61,893 nucleotides of DNA from Patescibacteria group bacterium (GTDB lineage: Bacteria > Patescibacteriota > Patescibacteriia > WFTA01 > S139-112). Position numbers and translations under genes: made by a program. The notes beneath the pieces were generated by a model, which ran no database searches, was not told the DNA's origin, and saw only the letters and a program-made list of their open reading frames with translations. Numbering within the stretch: the stretch's first letter is position 1; each line of letters starts with the position of its first letter. The stretch is from contig WFTB01000002.1 of the NCBI GenBank assembly GCA_015485695.1, forward strand, positions 1 through 61,893, written 5' to 3'. Shown in pieces: positions 18,363 to 27,680 of the stretch.

Positions 18363-18803
18363 ATGAAAAAAACAGACGAAAACAGAATCATCGTACTGAC
18401 AAGCGGAGGATTTGACCCGTTGCACATCGGGCATGTTAGGCTTTTTAAAGAAGCGAAAGAACTAGGAGACCATCTCATCGTTCTGATAAACAACGATAAT
18501 TGGCTCATGCTCAAAAAAGGTTTTGTATTTATGCCACAAGAGGAGAGAAAAGAAATAATAGAATCCATAAAATGGGTTGATGAAGTGCGGTTTACAACTC
18601 ACGAACCCGGGACTCAAGACATAAGCATTTGCAAGGATTTAAAATCGATAAAACCGGATATCTTCGCAAAGGGAGGAGACAGACATGACGGAAATATTCC
18701 CGAAACTCCGGTAATAGAAGAACTCAAAATCAAAGTCGTGAACAACGTGGGCGGAGGAAAGATTCAATCAAGCTCGTGGCTGGTCGATAGGCTTCAAAAA
18801 TAA
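18363..18803 (+). CDS. cytidylyl/adenylyl-transferase family protein (RfaE domain II / TagD-like)
   Basis: The motif GGFDPLHIGHVRLF is the HxGH nucleotidyltransferase signature. 146 aa. Confidence 0.8.
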   Translation: MKKTDENRIIVLTSGGFDPLHIGHVRLFKEAKELGDHLIVLINNDNWLMLKKGFVFMPQEERKEIIESIKWVDEVRFTTHEPGTQDISICKDLKSIKPDIFAKGGDRHDGNIPETPVIEELKIKVVNNVGGGKIQSSSWLVDRLQK

Positions 18804-18811
18804 AATCTAAC

Positions 18812-18850
18812 ACAAAAGTGCTCTCACCTATCGGAGAGAGCTCTTTTTTG
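18812..18850. terminator. bidirectional rho-independent terminator between convergent genes
   Basis: A-run, GCTCTC (18820-18825)/GAGAGC (18836-18841), then T6. Confidence 0.6.
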
Positions 18851-18870
18851 TATGTAACATGCGATAAAGA

Positions 18871-21800
18871 TTATCTCAGAGACCGAAACCGGTTATTCCT
18901 CGTCATATCTCCGAATATTCTGTCTGAAATTTTTCTTATATTTTCACTTGTTTCTTCCATCATATCCGAGATTCCAAAATCATCGGGTTCTGAAACCGGA
19001 CTCGGCGGAAAACCACTTTCCGTTTCCGGATTATATTCAGTTTCCGATACCGCGTCGGAGTTATTTGTGTTCACCGTCGGCTGTTCCAAGCTAAAATTCT
19101 CTTCATCATTGCTATTTGAAGAAAACGGACCGGCGACGGGAGGAGCTTGGCGTCTGCCAATGAAAGGATTGAGGTTAATATTCATGTCATTTGATATTTT
19201 ATCGTAAAGCGTCGCATTGCCGAAATTGACATTGTCCGCAACTTCATCGCTTTCAATGGTTAATCTGTGTGTACTCGACGAAGGATTGACCGGAATCCAA
19301 CCGTTTTGCAAGATTTCCTGAACGATATAGTCACCGGGAGCTAGGTCTGTGAATCCGTATCGCCCTCTGCGATTCGTTATGTCCTCGAGTGTTTCGCCGG
19401 TTTGAAGATTTATAAGCCGAATAGTCCATCCCGAAAGCCAAGGCTCTCTCCTGTCACGTCGTCCGTTGAGGTTTTTGTCTCTGTATTTGCGACCCTTTAT
19501 AGTCGCAAATTGGTAATTTCCGAAGTTGAACGAGTCCATGGTTTCATCGCTTTTCGGTTCTATAGTGTAAGAATATCCATAAATCGGACCAGGCTGAGAT
19601 TGTCCCCACCCGTTTCTTGTCTCTTCGGTCAACAAATATTCTCCGGGACCCAAGTCTTCAAAAACATACTTTCCGTTTATATCGGTTATCGCCGTCATTG
19701 AAATTCCTTCACTCTCTATCGTTATCTCCCAACCTTCCAAAGGCGACTCTCCGAAATCGAAAACTCCGTTTCCATTCATGTCTTCGTACTTTATTCCGCT
19801 TATTTGAGCGTTTTTAAAATTCCCAAAATCAACGTCCGTCACATCTTCTCCGGGTGACAAATCCACAAAATACTTGTTCGGATTCAAAGGATATGTTTGC
19901 GTCCATCCGTCCCGCTGTTTTTCCCAAACACGGTATGAACCGCTTACGATATCCGTAAATTCGTATTCTCCGTTTTCGTCCGTAACGGTCCTGATAACCT
20001 CTCCCGTGTCAATGTTTTTCAGACGTATCACCCAGCCCTCGATTCCGGGTTCGGAGTTTTCAGGGTTTTCCGTGTCTATGTCTCGAATACCGTTGCCGTT
20101 AACGTCTTCAAACTTCATTCCCGATATACTTCCCGGACATTCGCCAATCCACGGCTCAAAATCTATATTATCACTCACCTGATTGCCAAGACCGTCCGGA
20201 TTGAGCGATGCGTGGTACGGACCTTTGCAATCGCCCCAGTCGTTGTATTCGGCGTTGAACGGAGTATTGCTCCACGCTCCAAATCCGTTTGATATTATAA
20301 GATTGTTTCGCGCTTCAACTTCCGGCAATTCTCCTCCTGATACATAATCTCGAATCAATATTCCAAAATCATGTCCTTCTATGAAATTATCTTCAATAAC
20401 TCCTTCCGTCGCCACTTCGATGAACCCAAAATAATCCGCCCACTGATCCGAGTCCCAAACGGATATGCCCACACCAGATGTTCCGGTGACTTGATTGTTT
20501 CGTATGTTCACATTATCAGCGCCGACTGACCATATATTGAATTGATTCCCGGAAACCGTGTTATCGATTATCTCAACGGAATCACCGGAAAAATACAGCA
20601 AAACACCGGTCGCGCTATCGGCGACAAAAGACGAAGTCGGGTCATCCAAACATCCGGCGCTCGCATTATCACATATATTGTCTGTTATTGTATTGCCGAT
20701 TACGGAACCGGTGGCACCTCTGCTGATTTGTATTCCGTTTTGCGCAACCTGACTCGGTCCGCCTCCGATTATCGTATTTCCTTCCACCAAGGCTCCGGAT
20801 GCGATTCCGTCGACAACGATTCCTCCTTTTCCGTAACCGCTTATTGTGTTGTTCCTGATTGTAGCCGATCCAAATGTCGAATTAGCGTCGCGACCAACCA
20901 GAATTCCTATGTTATTTCCACCGCTTCCTATGGATTTTATTTCATTATCGTAAAAACCGAGTTCCGCTCCATCCTGAACATAAATTCCGGTGTCCAATCC
21001 GGAGCCGTTGCCTTCAAATGTAAATCCGGATATTTCAACACCGACAGCTCCCGATACGGTAATTAAATTCTTAGACCCGAAAGTGTCATCGCTTAAGACG
21101 CTTGGCTGTTTCAGGGTCGTCGCATTGGCTCCTTCTCCGAAAAGCCTCAGATTATCTTTGGTTATCAAAAGCTGTTCTTCGTAAGTTCCGGCGCCAACAT
21201 TTACGGTGCTTCCCGGGACGGCGTCAATGCCTCTTTGTATGCTCGGCGCAAATGTTCCGAAAATCGGAGCAAAACTGTTCGGAGTCACATACACCGTATC
21301 GCTTTCCCAAGAGACCAATCCGAACAAAGGAGAATCAACGGCGTGCAATACTCTGTCTTCTATGTCAAAACCGCTTACCGCTCCGACGAACGTAGATCCG
21401 AGAGCGTCAATGTCAGCCGATTGAGAGTTTGCGATGTCTTGCGTTGAGTTGTTTTCGAATTTAGTATTGCCCAAATTCAGAGTCGAGCCCGACGGACCAT
21501 ATACGGACCCGCCATCTCCTTCCACGTACAGACCGATTGGATTGCCTTTAATCGTATTATTTCCCAAAAACCTGATTCCTGTTATGTCTCCCTGTCCCGT
21601 ACCGCCTCCGTTTGTGTAAAACGCAATTCCAGCCCATCCCGGGGATTTTCCGTTGTTTTCAACTCTTAAGTTTTTTATGGTCAAATCATAAGTCGGAATA
21701 TCCGCAGAGTTATACCGTGAGGTTACCGCCAATCCGTTTTTGCTGTAATTTTTTATTACCGTGTTGAATATTGACGCGTCTTGCACGGAATTCAAATCAA

Positions 21801-23013
21801 GGCCCGTGATGTACCCGTTGGACTTTCCATTACCGATAATCCTGAGTTTGTTTGTTTTGAACCCGGATACGTGCGAGACTTTTATCTGAAATCGATTATA
21901 GTCCTCGTTGTCCGCCGATGAATTCTTCACCGTCATGTTCTTCAACAAAACATTATTCGCATTAACGGCTATACCATAAGTGTCCGAGCCGGACATTGGA
22001 GTGTTTATTATAACTTTTTTCCTGTTCGTTCCGATAAGTTTAATTCCTTCCGTATTTATGTTTAGATTTTCATTGTATGTTCCGTCGCAAATAGTTATAA
22101 CCGAATCAACACCCGCAACATCTATCGCAGATTGAACGTCTCCAAACAAAGCGTTCGGGCACTCCGCAAAATCATCATCAACGAATATGTTAACGGCGGT
22201 CGCGGAGCCCGTTCCAGTCCATGTGCCCGAATCCCATGTCCCGGACATTAAAGTACCGTTCGGGCTTATCGTACCGGTCGCGTCAAAAGTGTACCCTGCG
22301 CTTGTTCCGGTATAGACAACGGTAAAGTCGATATTGTCACCGTCAACAACCCCATTCACGTCCCATGTATATGAATTGTCGGCGTCATAAGTTCCGGTGC
22401 CGGAAAATTCACCGGTTGCGACATCAAAAGAAGTAACAGTCATCGTGTGATTGTAAGGAGTTCCGCTAACGTCAAATTCCAAAGACCATACGCCCGTCGG
22501 GTCCCATCCGGGAATCGTGACTTTTTCGAACCTAACGGCGTCAGCCATGACATATTCATCGGCATCGTTGCTCAACTCGACACTTCCCGACATGCCCGCC
22601 GAAAAATCAAAAGTACCAAGAAAATACCAGTCAGACCATTGTTTATATCCTCCTACGGTGATTTGATCGGACAGAAGCTCTTGATTCACGTAAAAAATTT
22701 GACTTCCACCGTCATAATTAACCGTATAAGGCGCGTCGGTCGCCCTGTTTGACAATGTGGTCCAGCTCACATATACGTTGTATTGCCCATCGGACGGTAA
22801 ATTCGGTGTCCATGTCGCAGTCTCGGAACCCGAACCGGACGGAGCATAACTGATATCCCCCAAATACGCCGTAGTCGCGCTACCGTTATACGTCCATGAA
22901 GTATCGGTGTATCCCGAATCCCCGTTATCGACAATAATATCGGAAGACGCAAAAACATCCACCGCTCCAAACAATAGCGCGATGGAAAAAAACAAGATAA
23001 AAATTCTTTTCAT
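18871..23013 (-). CDS. giant secreted protein: CBM-like N-domain, long right-handed parallel beta-helix region, four SdrD-B/Cna-B-like domains, acidic tail
   Basis: Signal peptide MKRIFILFFSIALLFGAVDVFA. The centre is rich in N/G/I repeats (NNTISG, GNTIIGG, DNTVSGN), typical of pectate-lyase/NosD beta-helices. Four copies of the pattern SG.K(F/Y)ED.NGNG..D..E..L.GW.I.L follow. There is no C-terminal anchor. Confidence 0.85.
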   Translation of the reverse strand: MKRIFILFFSIALLFGAVDVFASSDIIVDNGDSGYTDTSWTYNGSATTAYLGDISYAPSGSGSETATWTPNLPSDGQYNVYVSWTTLSNRATDAPYTVNYDGGSQIFYVNQELLSDQITVGGYKQWSDWYFLGTFDFSAGMSGSVELSNDADEYVMADAVRFEKVTIPGWDPTGVWSLEFDVSGTPYNHTMTVTSFDVATGEFSGTGTYDADNSYTWDVNGVVDGDNIDFTVVYTGTSAGYTFDATGTISPNGTLMSGTWDSGTWTGTGSATAVNIFVDDDFAECPNALFGDVQSAIDVAGVDSVITICDGTYNENLNINTEGIKLIGTNRKKVIINTPMSGSDTYGIAVNANNVLLKNMTVKNSSADNEDYNRFQIKVSHVSGFKTNKLRIIGNGKSNGYITGLDLNSVQDASIFNTVIKNYSKNGLAVTSRYNSADIPTYDLTIKNLRVENNGKSPGWAGIAFYTNGGGTGQGDITGIRFLGNNTIKGNPIGLYVEGDGGSVYGPSGSTLNLGNTKFENNSTQDIANSQSADIDALGSTFVGAVSGFDIEDRVLHAVDSPLFGLVSWESDTVYVTPNSFAPIFGTFAPSIQRGIDAVPGSTVNVGAGTYEEQLLITKDNLRLFGEGANATTLKQPSVLSDDTFGSKNLITVSGAVGVEISGFTFEGNGSGLDTGIYVQDGAELGFYDNEIKSIGSGGNNIGILVGRDANSTFGSATIRNNTISGYGKGGIVVDGIASGALVEGNTIIGGGPSQVAQNGIQISRGATGSVIGNTITDNICDNASAGCLDDPTSSFVADSATGVLLYFSGDSVEIIDNTVSGNQFNIWSVGADNVNIRNNQVTGTSGVGISVWDSDQWADYFGFIEVATEGVIEDNFIEGHDFGILIRDYVSGGELPEVEARNNLIISNGFGAWSNTPFNAEYNDWGDCKGPYHASLNPDGLGNQVSDNIDFEPWIGECPGSISGMKFEDVNGNGIRDIDTENPENSEPGIEGWVIRLKNIDTGEVIRTVTDENGEYEFTDIVSGSYRVWEKQRDGWTQTYPLNPNKYFVDLSPGEDVTDVDFGNFKNAQISGIKYEDMNGNGVFDFGESPLEGWEITIESEGISMTAITDINGKYVFEDLGPGEYLLTEETRNGWGQSQPGPIYGYSYTIEPKSDETMDSFNFGNYQFATIKGRKYRDKNLNGRRDRREPWLSGWTIRLINLQTGETLEDITNRRGRYGFTDLAPGDYIVQEILQNGWIPVNPSSSTHRLTIESDEVADNVNFGNATLYDKISNDMNINLNPFIGRRQAPPVAGPFSSNSNDEENFSLEQPTVNTNNSDAVSETEYNPETESGFPPSPVSEPDDFGISDMMEETSENIRKISDRIFGDMTRNNRFRSLR

Positions 23014-23048
23014 ATGGCTCGATTTAATTTGACAATCTCAAAGTCTGT

Positions 23049-23066
23049 CCAAAAAGTCTCTCACGG
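23049..23066 (+). repeat. intergenic motif CCAAAAAGTCTCTCACGG (copy 1)
   Basis: Shares the 16-nt AAAAAGTCTCTCACGG with the reverse complement of 32193-32211. Confidence 0.8.
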
Positions 23067-23208
23067 CATAAAAATGTTATTTTTTATCTCGCAAGGACTT
23101 TTATGTCAGTCTCTTATAGATTAGTATAGCACGATACGGTAAATTTGCGGACTGTCATATTCGGATAAACCGTAAACAAAGATTTTTACCGAGGATAAAA
23201 AGGATGCC

Positions 23209-23288
23209 TCACCTCTGTGTCATTTGACGCATTTGTTTGCATTTCAATAAACTCAAAAAAACGGAAGCGTCAGACAACACAGAGGTGA
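23209..23288. repeat. 22-nt imperfect inverted repeat (long hairpin) in the giant-gene intergenic region
   Basis: TCACCTCTGTGTCATTTGACGC (23209-23230) pairs with GCGTCAGACAACACAGAGGTGA (23267-23288). That gives 12 bp, a 2-nt mismatch, then 8 bp, with a 36-nt loop. Confidence 0.7.
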
Positions 23289-23421
23289 AGACTTTTTCCT
23301 TTAAAGTACGAGTGCCTGCGCGCATATAATCTGTGTGAGGCACGACTGGGGACGTGATCAAGATAGATCACACTTTTTGCTCCCTATCGATGTTAATAGA
23401 GAGCAAATGTGTGTGAGCACC

Positions 23422-26400
23422 TTATTCGAATTTGCGAGTACGTCTGATGTTTTTTTGTTGCTTTTCTCTGTACGAAACATATCCGGCGAAAAGCACCATT
23501 ATAATCAGCAACCAAAACAACCAACCTCTCAAAACCCCGACATACAATGATATCGATGAACCTTTCGACGCGCTTGATACCGGCTCTCCAAACTGCAAGA
23601 AGTTCGGATATACGTTATATGCAAGCTCGTTGTTGTTGTTAAGAGCGGTGTTGTAAGCCTCTTGATACTCCTCGGGAACCTCGGCGGCATAAACGGTGGA
23701 CGCTCCGACGACCCCCCTGTCTATGCTAAGACTGGACGCGACTTGTTGCCCTATGGAACTTTCAAGGTTGGCGATATCCTCGTCTCCCAAGACTATTTTC
23801 GAAGACACGGCGCCTTCCTCGGAATTTTCTCCCTTGAATTCCTCCGCGCTCTCTCCGTCAACCATGCCTTCAAATGAGTTTATAACACCAAATTCAATCG
23901 GACCCGCTCCGCCTGACGATGCACTCGTATTCGCATTTGAACCGTTATTTAAGCTTTCGGATTCGGTGGAATTTGAACTCCCGCCTAACGAACCTCCACC
24001 ACCGGAAGAAGCCGAATCGTACGGACCGGAGTCAAGAGGCAATGCCGGATTGTCAACAACTATTGTCACTGAAGAATCGTTGGACCTGATTGGTTCGTTT
24101 CCCTTTCCGAAACCGGAAGCGTACGCGGTGTTCGTATATTCTCCGGAAGGCATATCTTCCGGTATGGTTATGTCGTACTCAATAACCACTTCTTCCAAAG
24201 AATTAACCACTCCCAAATCCCAAGAATCGTTAACGTTCACATAATCGCTCACCATCGCGTCATAAGCGAATACTCCAGATACCGAATTTTGTCCCGGATT
24301 TTGAACAACTATAGTATAAGTTACGGTATCACCCGGAGATACGGGTCCCGTGACATTCGCCGTTTTTATAACTTCAAGGTCGCCTTCTATCACATTACCT
24401 CCTCCACCCAAGGAAGCTCCTCCGCCATTGCCGTTTTGGTTTCCGGAATCGCCGGAGTCGTTGCCAGAGTTTCCAGAGTCGTTTCCCTGATCTCCGGAAG
24501 TGTTTTGATTGTCATCACCTGTTGTTTGCGAATCATCAATCGTGTCACCTTGATTATCGTCCGTATTCGGGTTTTCTTGAGAGTTGTCCGCGCCTTCATC
24601 GCCGGTGTCGAGTGACGTATCTCCCTCGCCGGTCGGGTCTTCACCTCCGACCGTAACATTGAATCTATGCGTCTTTCTGTCATTTCGTTCTATACTGTCA
24701 TTTCTCGCGAGACGACCTCTCGTTTCTATGGTAAATGTTCCCGGACGCAAATTGTCTCTAAGTCTGAATACGGGCCTGAATCTAACATTTTCCGCGGAAT
24801 CAACAGCTGGAACACTCCAGGTTATGGTAGAACCGTCAACATTTCCGCCGTCTGACGATATCAATTCCAGTTCATCTTCCGGAAAGTCAAAATACATGGA
24901 AGTTTCTTCAACGGGCTCCGTTCCTGTATTTGACGCGACAACATCATATTCCACTTGGTCGCCCGGTTCAAAATCATCGTTTTCCGATACCAATTCTATA
25001 TCAACGCTCAAATCCTCAACTTCATTGTAAGCTATGTTGCCCTTCCAATCACCCAATACCTTAAGAGACAATATCAAGCCTTTGGAAAACGAGAAAGTAT
25101 TATTCAAATAATTGCTAAACGTGGTAGCTATATCGATATCACCGGTATCGAACCTTAAACTGTCTCCTTTATACGCCACGACCTCATTGTTTCCGGTGTC
25201 CGCGGTCAAAGTGGCGACATTGGCTATTATTCCGTCTTTCTTTGTATTTACGGTCACTGATTTGCTTATCTCGGAATTAGCCAAAGCTATCGTATCATCG
25301 GAATTTATTATTTCATTGCTCGCTACGGACGATGACGGCGCCGATGGTTTTATCGCGTCCGCTTCCGATGCGACCATGAAGTTATTGTCTTCTCCTTGAA
25401 CGCGCGCCCCATCTGCGCCGACCAATTCTCCGTCCCATTCACCGAAAATCTGGTAAAACGCCTGAGAAAAAGCGGTTCCTATTACATTGCGATTGGCAAG
25501 TGTCATGAAACTCGACAATACGTCTATGTCTCCGGTATTGTCCGTTATTTTTTCCGCGTCTTTGTCAAAAAGCGCTCTGTTGTTTCCGGTATTCGCGTCA
25601 ACTTTAATGTCATGAACAACTCCTCCAACATTTTCACTCACGATTTCCAAGTCCGATTGAGCGACCGCTATCGATTCCGTGATTAGGTCGTCCGAGCCCG
25701 AAAGATTGCTTGATGATGATGCTACCGCTCCTCTCGGATTTGGTACTTGTGACGCGAACATGTCGGCATCGGGAACAATCAGATTACCAAGCCATTCATC
25801 TGCGTTTATGACAACTTCTATTATTCCGACTTTGGATTGGAAAAGTGTCGTGTTAAGGAAGTTCACCACCATGTTGGTGAGTTTCGCGTTTTCAGTCGTT
25901 ATGAAAGAGTCTTTTGCTTTGTATCCGGCCCTGAATTTGTTTTGACCGGAAATAACCCCCAGCTTTTGGTCATTGTATATGTATCCCTCTTTTTCATCGT
26001 CAATGTTTATATCCAATCCAACCGCGGATTCGGAACTCAAAACCGTATCATCGTCTCCGGCGCTTGAATTTGAAGCATTTGAAGTTATAACTCCGTCTCC
26101 GTCCAAATTCATTCCGAACGCTTCGAATAATAACTTCAATATGTTTACGTTTCCTTCATACCTTCCATTTTCATCTCCGAAAATATTGAGAGTTAAAGGT
26201 AAAAATCCGGCGTCTTCTCCATAAGTGGTGGTGTTTGCTATATTAAGCATGCTTGCTCTCAACGTCGGTTTACCCGCCACGATAGAGCTGTCCTTCAATC
26301 TGTCTCTGGCTCGAATTTCGTTTTTCCCGGTAACGGCAACCAGGTCTTGCACGTTGGTAATAAACGCTTTGTCCTTTTGGATAACCGACAGTTTTCTGAC

Positions 26401-27615
26401 ATTGTTGCCGTCCGCGGTCACTATAACATCATCGTTACCGCTTGAATTATTCGCCCCGATTGTTTTTTCGGTCCAGTTCGTTCCTCCACCGTATATAACC
26501 TGATAAGCGGTGACATTCGCGCTTGTCGAATCTTCCGCCGTAATGTCCGCGTTTCCGGTTTTGATATTCGCTTCCAATACGTCTTTTTCGGATTCAACCA
26601 AATTCTCACCGGATGAAGCGGATCCCTCAGTCACATTGACTTGATCCGCGTAATTCTCGTTTTCTATGACTGTGCCGTCTTCCGACGAGTCTTCATTGTT
26701 TATTATTACATCGTCATTGCCCGTGACGTTGTTTTCGGTTCTGGCGCCTACAGCCTCACCTTCATCTTCCGGTTCTTCGTATTCCGTGCTCGTTGAAGTG
26801 GTGTTACCGGAAGTGTTTCCGGTTATGACCTCTTGTTCGTCCCAACGATTTTCTCTGTATTCCAAAATTTCCTCAAATGTTGCGGGAATATCCTTTATTA
26901 TGTCATCAAAACGCCCCTTTTCATCTTCCGCTTCTTCCGGAAACGCCACTCCGCCACCACCGGCGGAACCCCCTCCGCCACCGGTTATAACGGGAGCTGA
27001 ATTATTGGCGTTCTCATCAATGGACGGAGAATTCGGTTCCGTTATTTGATCGACTATTTCATCGGAAGCGTTTTCAGTCTCTTCGTCTATTATTTCATCT
27101 ATGTTATCAAGCGGGTCGTTTATTGCTCCGCTTGAATCACCTGACATTATCTCGTCTATTATTTCATCCACTATGCTGTTATCGTCGTCTTCTTCGGTGG
27201 CGCCAAAATCCTCGGAATCATCGACAAACCCCGAATCTCCGGAATCTTCCAAAGCCACGGATTCGTCGTCAATTGCCACGTCGCCTTCTTCTCCGGGCTG
27301 TTCCGTTGCATTGTTTTCTTCCGCGCTCGTCTCGGAATCGTCAAGTTGACCCGAATCGGTTTCAGTGTCCGAGTCATCATCGTCCTGCGGTAGCAAAGCG
27401 AACAATTCATCTGCATTTGCAATCGGATCGCTTGAAAGCTCCGAAACGGATTCGATTGTCTGTGTCGCTTCTTCCTGACTCTCCTCAATCGAATTCGCGT
27501 CTTCAACGGCGAAAACCAAAAGAGCTGGCGTGAACGTATACAAAGCAACGGCAAACACCACGACAAGCGTGGTAAACCGATGTAACATGGATGTGTTTTT
27601 TTTGGTGTTTATCAT
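23422..27615 (-). CDS. giant acidic surface protein with four copies of an uncharacterised ~110-aa module, two DUF11-like domains and a C-terminal TM plus basic tail
   Basis: Signal/TM N-terminus followed by a D/E/S-rich region. The modules begin (S/T)G(N/S/D)DD.(I/V/L) and contain TGNN / TGD(I)D and G(D/E)W.G..(I/V). DUF11-like segments are DLSVDIELVS..GDQVEYDV and GDLEVIKTAN..GDTVTYTIVVQNPG. The C-terminus reads LRGWLFWLLIIMVLFAGYVSYREKQQKNIRRTRKFE. Confidence 0.85.
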   Translation of the reverse strand: MINTKKNTSMLHRFTTLVVVFAVALYTFTPALLVFAVEDANSIEESQEEATQTIESVSELSSDPIANADELFALLPQDDDDSDTETDSGQLDDSETSAEENNATEQPGEEGDVAIDDESVALEDSGDSGFVDDSEDFGATEEDDDNSIVDEIIDEIMSGDSSGAINDPLDNIDEIIDEETENASDEIVDQITEPNSPSIDENANNSAPVITGGGGGSAGGGGVAFPEEAEDEKGRFDDIIKDIPATFEEILEYRENRWDEQEVITGNTSGNTTSTSTEYEEPEDEGEAVGARTENNVTGNDDVIINNEDSSEDGTVIENENYADQVNVTEGSASSGENLVESEKDVLEANIKTGNADITAEDSTSANVTAYQVIYGGGTNWTEKTIGANNSSGNDDVIVTADGNNVRKLSVIQKDKAFITNVQDLVAVTGKNEIRARDRLKDSSIVAGKPTLRASMLNIANTTTYGEDAGFLPLTLNIFGDENGRYEGNVNILKLLFEAFGMNLDGDGVITSNASNSSAGDDDTVLSSESAVGLDINIDDEKEGYIYNDQKLGVISGQNKFRAGYKAKDSFITTENAKLTNMVVNFLNTTLFQSKVGIIEVVINADEWLGNLIVPDADMFASQVPNPRGAVASSSSNLSGSDDLITESIAVAQSDLEIVSENVGGVVHDIKVDANTGNNRALFDKDAEKITDNTGDIDVLSSFMTLANRNVIGTAFSQAFYQIFGEWDGELVGADGARVQGEDNNFMVASEADAIKPSAPSSSVASNEIINSDDTIALANSEISKSVTVNTKKDGIIANVATLTADTGNNEVVAYKGDSLRFDTGDIDIATTFSNYLNNTFSFSKGLILSLKVLGDWKGNIAYNEVEDLSVDIELVSENDDFEPGDQVEYDVVASNTGTEPVEETSMYFDFPEDELELISSDGGNVDGSTITWSVPAVDSAENVRFRPVFRLRDNLRPGTFTIETRGRLARNDSIERNDRKTHRFNVTVGGEDPTGEGDTSLDTGDEGADNSQENPNTDDNQGDTIDDSQTTGDDNQNTSGDQGNDSGNSGNDSGDSGNQNGNGGGASLGGGGNVIEGDLEVIKTANVTGPVSPGDTVTYTIVVQNPGQNSVSGVFAYDAMVSDYVNVNDSWDLGVVNSLEEVVIEYDITIPEDMPSGEYTNTAYASGFGKGNEPIRSNDSSVTIVVDNPALPLDSGPYDSASSGGGGSLGGSSNSTESESLNNGSNANTSASSGGAGPIEFGVINSFEGMVDGESAEEFKGENSEEGAVSSKIVLGDEDIANLESSIGQQVASSLSIDRGVVGASTVYAAEVPEEYQEAYNTALNNNNELAYNVYPNFLQFGEPVSSASKGSSISLYVGVLRGWLFWLLIIMVLFAGYVSYREKQQKNIRRTRKFE

Positions 27616-27680
27616 ATTTACGTGCTCAGTGCTCCCGTCCTGATAACAGAACGGGAACGTCTGAACATGTAATAATGCTA

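Noticed and set aside
27596-27603. A8 homopolymer in codons 5-7 of the 1397-aa gene (T8 on the plus strand) as a phase-variation tract.
   Set aside because: A/T runs of this length are common in this AT-rich sequence; other examples are 8552-8560 and 40262-40268. It encodes Lys-Lys in a normal signal-peptide n-region. There is no evidence of length variation in a single sequence.
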